DNA of 56,026 nucleotides from Bacillota bacterium. Lineage in GTDB: Bacteria; Bacillota_I; Bacilli_A; RF39; UBA660. The stretch spans positions 1 to 56,026 of the forward strand of contig SVAN01000005.1 of assembly GCA_015059375.1 (NCBI GenBank). The letters are read 5' to 3'. Made by a program: the position numbers and the translations under genes. The notes under the pieces are model-generated. The model did no database searches. It was given only the letters and a program-made list of their open reading frames with translations, and had not been told where the DNA came from. Position 1 is the stretch's first letter, and every line of letters begins with the position of its first letter. This document shows, piece by piece, positions 50,346 to 56,026 of this stretch.

Positions 50346-52832
50346 ATGAACTTTATAAAAAAATTATTAGATACCGAATATAAAGAATTAAAGAGATTTG
50401 AAAAAATTGCTGATCAAATAGAAGCTCTATCTGATGAAATGACTAAACTAAAAGATGGAGATTTTAAGCAAAAGACTGAAGAATTTAAAAATAAAATTCA
50501 TAATGGTCTAAATATAGATGATGTATTGGTTCCGGCAATGGCATTAGCCCGTGAGGCTTGTTTTAGGGGAATTGGAGAAAAACCTTATCGTGTACAAATT
50601 CTTGGCGCGTTAGCTATTTATTTTGGTAATATTGCTGAAATGAAAACGGGAGAAGGTAAGACTTTAACGACTGTCTTGGCGGCATATGTAAATTCTCTTT
50701 CAGATAAGGGAGTACATGTTGTTACTACCAATGAATATTTATCACAAAGAAATGCAGAGTGGATGCGGCCAATATATGATCTTTTGGGAATTTCTGTTGG
50801 TATAAATCTTCGGGAGTTAAGCGCTAAAGAAAAAAGAGAAGTTTATAATTGTGATATAACTTATTCAACAAACAATGAAATAGGATTTGATTATTTACGA
50901 GATAATATGGTTGTAAGTAAGGAAGACCGTGTCCAAAGACCACTAAATTTTTGTATTATTGACGAGGTAGATTCAATTCTTATTGACGAAGCGCGTACAC
51001 CATTAATTATTAGTGGTGGGCAAATGCAATCTCAAAATTTATATTTAGATGCAAATCGAGCTGTTCAAAGGCTAAAAGAAGATGAAGATTACACTGTTGA
51101 TGCCAAAACAAAGAGTGTATCTTTAACTGAAGAAGGTAGCAAAAAAGTAGAAAAGATATTAAATATTAAAAATCTTTATGATATTGATAACTCCGTAATG
51201 GTGCACCATTTGAGCCAAGCTTTAAAGGCTAATTATGGATTTGCAAAAGATGTTGATTACGTTGTAGAAAATAATGAAGTTATTATAGTTGACCAGTTTA
51301 CGGGAAGACTTATGCATGGTCGACAATATTCTGAAGGCCTGCATCAAGCTATTGAAGCTAAGGAAGGCGTTAAAATCAATGCTGAAACCAGAACAATGGC
51401 AACAATTACATTTCAAAATCTTTTTAGAATGTACAATAAACTTTCTGGGATGACAGGAACGGCCAAGACTGAAGAAGAAGAATTTAGAAATATCTATAAT
51501 ATGTATGTTATAAGCATTCCAACAAATCGGCCAGTTGTTCGAGATGATATGGCTGACTTGGTTTATGCAAACATTAAAGGCAAATATAAAGCTATTATTC
51601 AAACTGTCAAAGCTATCCATGAAAAAGGCCAACCAATTTTAATTGGAACGATTTCTGTTGAATCAAACGAATATTTAAGTAATTTATTAAAAAAAGCTGG
51701 TTTAAAACACGAAGTATTAAATGCTAAAAATCACGAACGTGAGGCAGAGATTATAGCTAAAGCCGGCGAAAAAGGCGCTATTACTTTAGCTACTAATATG
51801 GCGGGCCGTGGAACAGACATTAAATTAGGAGAAGGTGTAAAAGAGCTAGGTGGTCTATGTGTTATTGGTACAGAAAGACATGAATCGAGAAGAATTGATA
51901 ATCAATTACGCGGTCGTGCCGGTCGTCAAGGGGATCCTGGCATGAGCCAATTTTTTGTTTCTTTTGAAGATGATTTAATGAGACGTTTTGGCACCGATAG
52001 AATCAGAACTATGCTAAAATCACTAGGCATTGAAGAAGAAATGGCCATTCGTAGTAAAACATTAACAAAGAGCATTGAGACTGCTCAAAAAAGAGTCGAG
52101 GGGAATAATTATGATATTCGTAAAAGTCTATTAGATTATGATAATGTTTTGAATGAGCAACGAGAAATCATCTATTCCCGTCGTAATGAGATCATTGACG
52201 AAGCTGATATTCACGAAAAAACTTTAGAAACTTTTAGAAATACAATTATTAATTTGTGTGATTCTCATCTAGCTCCTGAGGGATATTTAACAGATTTTGA
52301 TAAAAGTGAGATAGTTGAATATATAAATACAAATTATCTTAAAAACAAGAACTTAAAAGTTTCGGATATTAAAGATTTAAAGGATGAAGCGATAGCGGAA
52401 ACTATATCGAACATGGTAATAAAAGAATATGAAGAGAAAGTAAGAGATTTACCAGTACGAGTTGAGTTTGAAAAAGCTATATCATTAAGAGTAATTGATT
52501 CCAATTGGGTTGAACATATGAATACAATGGAACATCTTAAAGAAGGAATTGGATTGCGTAGTTATAGCCAAACCAGTCCGGTTCAAGCGTATACCATGGA
52601 AGGCTATGAACTTTTTGATAATTTATTAAATAAAATTGATTCTGATATAACGACTTTTTTGTTAAAAGCTGAGATTAGACAAAATGTTGAAAGAAAGCAA
52701 ACTCTAAAAGGACATGCTAACGATGGAAAAGAAACGGTAAAAAGTTCTCCAAAACGAGTTCAAAAAGTAGGCCGAAATGATGCTTGTCCATGTGGGAGCG
52801 GCCGTAAGTTCAAGCAATGTTGTGGAAAATAA
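50346..52832 (+). CDS. secA: Preprotein translocase subunit SecA
   Basis: EMKTGEGKT, DEVDSILIDEARTPLIIS, ATNMAGRGTDI, QLRGRAGRQGDPG and C-terminal SEC-C CPCGSGRKFKQCC motifs. Confidence 0.99.
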   Translation: MNFIKKLLDTEYKELKRFEKIADQIEALSDEMTKLKDGDFKQKTEEFKNKIHNGLNIDDVLVPAMALAREACFRGIGEKPYRVQILGALAIYFGNIAEMKTGEGKTLTTVLAAYVNSLSDKGVHVVTTNEYLSQRNAEWMRPIYDLLGISVGINLRELSAKEKREVYNCDITYSTNNEIGFDYLRDNMVVSKEDRVQRPLNFCIIDEVDSILIDEARTPLIISGGQMQSQNLYLDANRAVQRLKEDEDYTVDAKTKSVSLTEEGSKKVEKILNIKNLYDIDNSVMVHHLSQALKANYGFAKDVDYVVENNEVIIVDQFTGRLMHGRQYSEGLHQAIEAKEGVKINAETRTMATITFQNLFRMYNKLSGMTGTAKTEEEEFRNIYNMYVISIPTNRPVVRDDMADLVYANIKGKYKAIIQTVKAIHEKGQPILIGTISVESNEYLSNLLKKAGLKHEVLNAKNHEREAEIIAKAGEKGAITLATNMAGRGTDIKLGEGVKELGGLCVIGTERHESRRIDNQLRGRAGRQGDPGMSQFFVSFEDDLMRRFGTDRIRTMLKSLGIEEEMAIRSKTLTKSIETAQKRVEGNNYDIRKSLLDYDNVLNEQREIIYSRRNEIIDEADIHEKTLETFRNTIINLCDSHLAPEGYLTDFDKSEIVEYINTNYLKNKNLKVSDIKDLKDEAIAETISNMVIKEYEEKVRDLPVRVEFEKAISLRVIDSNWVEHMNTMEHLKEGIGLRSYSQTSPVQAYTMEGYELFDNLLNKIDSDITTFLLKAEIRQNVERKQTLKGHANDGKETVKSSPKRVQKVGRNDACPCGSGRKFKQCCGK
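52788..52832 (+). repeat. secA 3-prime tail copy 1 (in use); putative attL of cassette A
   Basis: CCA TGT GGG AGC GGC CGT AAG TTC AAG CAA TGT TGT GGA AAA TAA = PCGSGRKFKQCCGK*. Confidence 0.9.
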
Positions 52833-52874
52833 ACTCGGAAACCCAAGTAAATAAAGGGAAAAACCGAGTTTTTT
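52831..52874 (+). terminator. Terminator after secA tail copy 1
   Basis: AAACTCGG...CCGAGTTT stem with a T run. Confidence 0.7.
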
Positions 52875-52914
52875 CTATTACATAAAAATGGTAATTTTTA
52901 ACGAAATTTTCACC

Positions 52915-52934
52915 TTAGATAAGTTTTAGATAAG
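52915..52934 (+). repeat. Cassette A left tandem repeats (11-bp period)
   Basis: TTAGATAAG-TT-TTAGATAAG. Confidence 0.85.
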
Positions 52935-53053
52935 CTGAATATGATTTTATCGTATTTAATAAATATAAATTTAATCAAAATAGTATGATTTTTCCGTAAT
53001 ATATGTAAAAAATAAGTAAAAAAATATGTTATAATATGTATGGAGGTCAAATT

Positions 53054-53392
53054 ATGGAAGATAAAGAACTTATAGCTAATAAATTAGGTTTTGAGTCTAG
53101 TGATGAAATGGAAGCTTATTATGATTTATGTAGAGGTCATTTTGAAGACGATACAATAATGACTAAAGATTTATGTGAAAAACATGTTAAAGGTTATGGA
53201 TTAGACAAATTTTTGCATGTACCAAGAGAGGAAAGATTAGAAGGAAAAATTTACTATGATTTTGGTGGTTTAGTTGAATGTGTAAAATTAGGAGATGCAG
53301 AAAGGGCGCAATACCTTAAAAATCTAGTAGATTCTCAATTATCTGAATTAGACAAATGTTATACTGTTCAGGCTCAAAAATCAATGAAATAA
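53054..53392 (+). CDS. Hypothetical protein (cassette A cargo), 112 aa
   Basis: ORF with GGAGG RBS and extended -10 TGTTATAAT (53027-53035); no family recognised. Confidence 0.75.
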   Translation: MEDKELIANKLGFESSDEMEAYYDLCRGHFEDDTIMTKDLCEKHVKGYGLDKFLHVPREERLEGKIYYDFGGLVECVKLGDAERAQYLKNLVDSQLSELDKCYTVQAQKSMK

Positions 53393-53405
53393 AAAAGCAG
53401 TTTTT

Positions 53406-53426
53406 TTAGATAAGTTAATAGGTAAG
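53406..53426 (+). repeat. Cassette A right tandem repeats (12-bp period)
   Basis: TTAGATAAG-TTA-ATAGGTAAG, 13 nt after the cargo stop. Confidence 0.8.
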
Positions 53427-53516
53427 TTGTATGAATTTAGTTGCAATTTATTACAAATATTAAAGAATATAATGCAAAATTAAAGCAATTTGTTACATAA
53501 AAATTGCAATATGTTA

Positions 53517-53561
53517 CCATGTGGCTCTGGTAAAAAATATAAACAATGTTGTGGCAAATAG
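53517..53561 (+). repeat. secA 3-prime tail copy 2 (orphan); A/B junction
   Basis: CCA TGT GGC TCT GGT AAA AAA TAT AAA CAA TGT TGT GGC AAA TAG = PCGSGKKYKQCCGK*; in-frame stop upstream at 53481. Confidence 0.9.
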
Positions 53562-53567
53562 CCTCGT

Positions 53568-53602
53568 AAGCCTAGGAAATATAAGGATTCCTGGGCTTTT
53601 TG
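53568..53602 (+). terminator. Terminator after secA tail copy 2
   Basis: AAGCCTAGGAA...TTCCTGGGCTT followed by a T run. Confidence 0.7.
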
Positions 53603-53640
53603 TTTTTTAAAAAAGTTGTCTTTTTCTTCAAAAATAGCCT

Positions 53641-53678
53641 CTACATACGTTTTACATACGTATATAAAACGTATGTAG
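53641..53678 (+). repeat. Cassette B left repeats (11-bp period) plus an inverted third copy
   Basis: CTACATACG-TT-TTACATACG; 14-bp inverted repeat CTACATACGTTTTA (53641) / TAAAACGTATGTAG (53665). Confidence 0.85.
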
Positions 53679-53798
53679 GCAATATTTCAAGATAAACAAT
53701 CTCTTTATTTATAAGGATTTATGAGTAAAGTGATCCGTGTCCTTTTAGTTCTTTACAAATGCTATAAAAATTCATGATATAATATTAATGAGAAAAAG

Positions 53799-54560
53799 GT
53801 GTATTTTGTGTCAAATTTTACTAATGAATTTTTAAAATATTATTTAACAAATCCACTAATAATAACAATATTAATATTAGGTTTAATATCAGCAATTTTT
53901 TATAAACAGATAGTTGGATGGTTTGGAGAGCATTGGACTAAAAAAGCTTTAAGAAAATTACCTAAAGCTAAATATAAAATTATAAATAATTTGTTTTTAT
54001 CAGTTAATGGATTGACTCATCAAATAGATCATGTAGTAGTTTCTCCATATGGAATATTTTCTATAGAAACAAAACAATATAATGGTTACATAACAGGAAG
54101 TAAATATGATAAAAACTGGGTAAGACATGCTGGAAAAAATAAATACTATTATATGAATCCTATTAGACAAAATTATGGACATTGCAAAGCATTAGCTGAA
54201 TTATTAAATATAGACGAATCAAAATTATATAATATAGTATGTATTCCAAGTAATGCAAAATTAAAAATAGAACATGACGGGGAACTTGTAAGATATGATA
54301 CTATTGTTAATAAAATAAAATCTTATAATGAAGAAATAATTAATAATGTTAGTGAATTATATGATAAATTATTAAAGAGTAATGTGAAAGACAAAAAAAT
54401 AAAAAAAGAACATATTGAAAACATAAAAACTAATATTGAGAAAAAAGATATTAGTAAATGTCCTAAATGTGGAGGAACGTTAGTTGAACGTGAAAGTAAG
54501 TATGGGAAATTTATTGGATGTGCTAATTATCCTAGGTGTAAGTACACTCAAAAAAAATAA
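53799..54560 (+). CDS. NERD-domain protein with N-terminal TM helix and C-terminal topoisomerase-type C4 zinc finger (cassette B cargo)
   Basis: G.FGE, QIDHVVV...GIF.IETK NERD motifs; CPKCGG.L..R...YG.F.GC.NYP.C; extended -10 TGATATAAT at 53775. Confidence 0.88.
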   Translation: MYFVSNFTNEFLKYYLTNPLIITILILGLISAIFYKQIVGWFGEHWTKKALRKLPKAKYKIINNLFLSVNGLTHQIDHVVVSPYGIFSIETKQYNGYITGSKYDKNWVRHAGKNKYYYMNPIRQNYGHCKALAELLNIDESKLYNIVCIPSNAKLKIEHDGELVRYDTIVNKIKSYNEEIINNVSELYDKLLKSNVKDKKIKKEHIENIKTNIEKKDISKCPKCGGTLVERESKYGKFIGCANYPRCKYTQKK

Positions 54561-54563
54561 ATT

Positions 54564-54584
54564 CTACATACGATTTTACATACA
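54564..54584 (+). repeat. Cassette B right tandem repeats (12-bp period)
   Basis: CTACATACG-ATT-TTACATACA, 3 nt after the cargo stop. Confidence 0.85.
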
Positions 54585-54691
54585 AATTGGTAGCGTTCTC
54601 GAGTGCTCTCAAACTTTCTCAAAAGTCCATTTATGAGGTTTTATAAAGGTTTTAAAGCCTACTAAAGTCTCGAAAGTTCGAAAAATCGCAT

Positions 54692-54736
54692 CCATGTGGC
54701 AACGGTAAGAAATACAAGCGATGTTGTGGAAAGTAA
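54692..54736 (+). repeat. secA 3-prime tail copy 3 (orphan); B/C junction
   Basis: CCA TGT GGC AAC GGT AAG AAA TAC AAG CGA TGT TGT GGA AAG TAA = PCGNGKKYKRCCGK*; in-frame stop upstream at 54653. Confidence 0.9.
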
Positions 54737-54791
54737 GTAATATCAAGGCTTTTAGAAGATTGATGAATGAAGAAAAGTGAAAAATCGTGAA

Positions 54792-54811
54792 TTAGATACC
54801 ATTTAGATACC
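54792..54811 (+). repeat. Cassette C left tandem repeats (11-bp period)
   Basis: TTAGATACC-AT-TTAGATACC. Confidence 0.85.
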
Positions 54812-54826
54812 CTAAAATAGTAAATG

Positions 54827-54851
54827 AAAAGACCCAAATGGGTCTTTTTTT
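54827..54851 (+). terminator. Terminator-like hairpin ahead of the cassette C promoter
   Basis: AAAAGACCC-AAAT-GGGTCTTTT-TTT, followed by TGATATAAT (54851-54859). Confidence 0.6.
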
Positions 54852-54880
54852 GATATAATGAATATAAAGGTGTAATGTAA

Positions 54881-55624
54881 ATGAATGGGTATATTAATTT
54901 AGATGAAAAGAACATTGATGAAGAACATATTTGTTGTGCAATTGGAGATCCTAAACATCAAGACGGTGTAGATAAAAAGAAAGAATGGATTAAAAATAAA
55001 TTAAAAGATGGGCATGTATTTAGAAAACTAAATACTAGAGGTAAAATCTTTATTGAATACGAACCAATAGAAACAGCTTGGGTTCCTATCAATGGTAAAA
55101 ACTATATGCATATTTATTGTTTATGGGTAGCAGGCAGTTTTAAAGGAAAAGGTATTGGTAAAGAATTATTAGAATATGCTATTGAAGATGCTAAAAAGAA
55201 AAAAATGAGTGGAGTTTGTACAATAGTTACACAAAAGAAAAAACCATTTATTGGAGATAAGAAATTCTTTGAACATTATGGATTTAAGGTAATAGATACA
55301 ATTAACGACTATGAATTAATGGCATTACAATTTGATGATAAAGAAACTCCTGAGTTTAGTGATACAGCACGTAAGATGGAAATCGAAAGTCAAGATTTCA
55401 CTATTTATTATTCAAATGAATGTCCCTATGTAGAATATGAAGTAAAGGAATTATCTGGCTATGCTAAAGATAAAGGAATTGAATTGAACTTCATAAAAAT
55501 AGATTCGTTAGAGAAAGCAAAAAATGCACCATGCGTATTTAACAACTGGGCTAACTTTTATAAAGGAAAATTTGTTTCAAATACAATCTTAAACGCTAAT
55601 GCATTTGAAAAATTATTAAAATAG
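54881..55624 (+). CDS. YoaP-domain GNAT family N-acetyltransferase (cassette C cargo)
   Basis: NI..EHICCAI, GK.FIEY.P.E.AW, CLWV.GSFKGKGIG, QCPY-like ECPY and A.NAP...N.WA.FY.GKF motifs. Confidence 0.85.
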   Translation: MNGYINLDEKNIDEEHICCAIGDPKHQDGVDKKKEWIKNKLKDGHVFRKLNTRGKIFIEYEPIETAWVPINGKNYMHIYCLWVAGSFKGKGIGKELLEYAIEDAKKKKMSGVCTIVTQKKKPFIGDKKFFEHYGFKVIDTINDYELMALQFDDKETPEFSDTARKMEIESQDFTIYYSNECPYVEYEVKELSGYAKDKGIELNFIKIDSLEKAKNAPCVFNNWANFYKGKFVSNTILNANAFEKLLK

Positions 55625-55628
55625 ATTA

Positions 55629-55682
55629 TTAGATACCTTTTTGGATACCTTCCGGTGAGTATTTAAAAGATATCTAGATACC
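55629..55682 (+). repeat. Cassette C right repeats (12-bp period) plus a third copy
   Basis: TTAGATACC-TTT-TTGGATACC, 4 nt after the cargo stop; CTAGATACC at 55674. Confidence 0.8.
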
Positions 55683-55904
55683 TTTTTTTGAAGTGAAAAT
55701 ACAAAAATTTTGTATCGTTAAAAATGCAAGGTTTCTTTTATTTATAAAGAATTACGAAGATTTTGATGATAAAAAAAGATTAAATTGTGTCCACTGCCAT
55801 TGATATTTTAAACCCTCATTTTTTTAATAAAAACACGTAGTTTTATGTTATAATAAATAATGAAAGAGGAGATAAAAAGGTGGATATTTATTAGGAGGGA
55901 AAAT

Positions 55905-56026
55905 ATGATAAGTACAAGTAGTCATAATGATTGGCAGTCAGATAAATATAGAACCTATTCTATCTCTGGTAATCGCGGAAAAGATGCTAACTATCAAGGT
56001 AAATGTTATCCTGAATTAGCACCTAA
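55905..56026 (+). CDS. Partial CDS, possibly DUF488-related, truncated by the window end
   Basis: AGGAGG RBS, extended -10 TGTTATAAT (55846-55854); MISTSSHNDWQSDKYRTYSISGNRGKDANYQGKCYPELAP. Confidence 0.5.
   Translation, partial: MISTSSHNDWQSDKYRTYSISGNRGKDANYQGKCYPELAP

Larger units (their letters stand above)
52788..53516 (+). mobile_element. Cassette A: 729-bp integrase-less unit (secA tail, terminator, left repeats, one gene, right repeats)
   Basis: Bounded by CCATGTGG cores at 52788 and 53517; TAGATAAG tandem repeats at 52915/52926 and 53406/53418. Confidence 0.75.
53517..54691 (+). mobile_element. Cassette B: 1175-bp integrase-less unit
   Basis: Bounded by cores at 53517 and 54692; TACATAC tandem repeats at 53641/53652 and 54564/54576. 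Confidence 0.75.
54692..55790 (+). mobile_element. Cassette C (right boundary uncertain)
   Basis: Starts at the core at 54692; GATACC repeats at 54792/54803 and 55629/55641, plus an extra copy at 55674; no fourth SEC-C tail inside the window. Confidence 0.55.

Noticed and set aside
53511-53561. 17-codon mini-ORF MLPCGSGKKYKQCCGK as a stand-alone SEC-C peptide
   Set aside because: No RBS; copy 3 has no equivalent start; better explained as a displaced secA tail.
169-54915. Short ORF-track entries antisense to or overlapping well-supported genes (e.g. 169-561, 1859-2092, 8039-8308, 19817-21202, 22748-23044, 26371-26664, 28077-28304, 41284-41568, 44614-45492, 51222-51632, 54000-54182, 54652-54915)
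   Set aside because: Shadow ORFs: no recognisable motifs or RBS, and they lie within conserved genes or the att spacers.
52788-55682. CRISPR array or classical integron attC interpretation of the downstream repeats
   Set aside because: The repeats are 9-bp tandem pairs and 45-bp coding tails separated by whole genes; there are no cas genes, no regular spacers and no RYYYAAC/GTTRRRY attC structure.

Overview
AT-rich replication-origin region of a streamlined, sporulation-gene-bearing low-GC Bacilli genome (standard genetic code; an RF39-like lineage is inference only). Left of oriC, almost all genes are on the minus strand: dnaA-dnaN-comK-recF-gyrB-gyrA, four parS sites, SRP RNA, tadA-dnaX-yaaK-recR-bofA-holB-yaaT-yabB-pth-mfd-spoVT-(T-box)-metG-tatD-yabE-like-rsmA-yabG-veg-spoVG-yabP-yabQ-divIC, then clpP (+), a uridine-kinase-like gene and gap. 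Right of oriC, almost all are on the plus strand: a CDF transporter, rpmH-rnpA-yidC-jag-mnmE-mnmG-rsmG-noc, a class A PBP (-), argS-rpoE-prfA-prmC-spoIIR-mntP-murAB-SGNH-like-rpmE-rpiB-ywzB-spoIID-spoIIQ-degenerate mbl-csp-hpf-secA. The main novel signal is downstream of secA (52788 to the window end): a tandem array of tiny integrase-less one-gene cassettes. The last 45 bp of secA (SEC-C tail, starting CCATGTGG) occurs three times in differently recoded but intact form (52788, 53517, 54692). Each cargo gene is bracketed by its own pair of tandem direct repeats, spaced 11 bp on the left and 12 bp on the right, resembling tyrosine-integrase arm sites. Other points: ComK inside the dnaN-recF interval, an atypical Noc with three perfect NBS palindromes, a variant DnaA box matching an altered DnaA domain IV, a degenerate Mbl relic and an atypical metG T-box. 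All assignments are by eye and from memory of the families; no database search was run.
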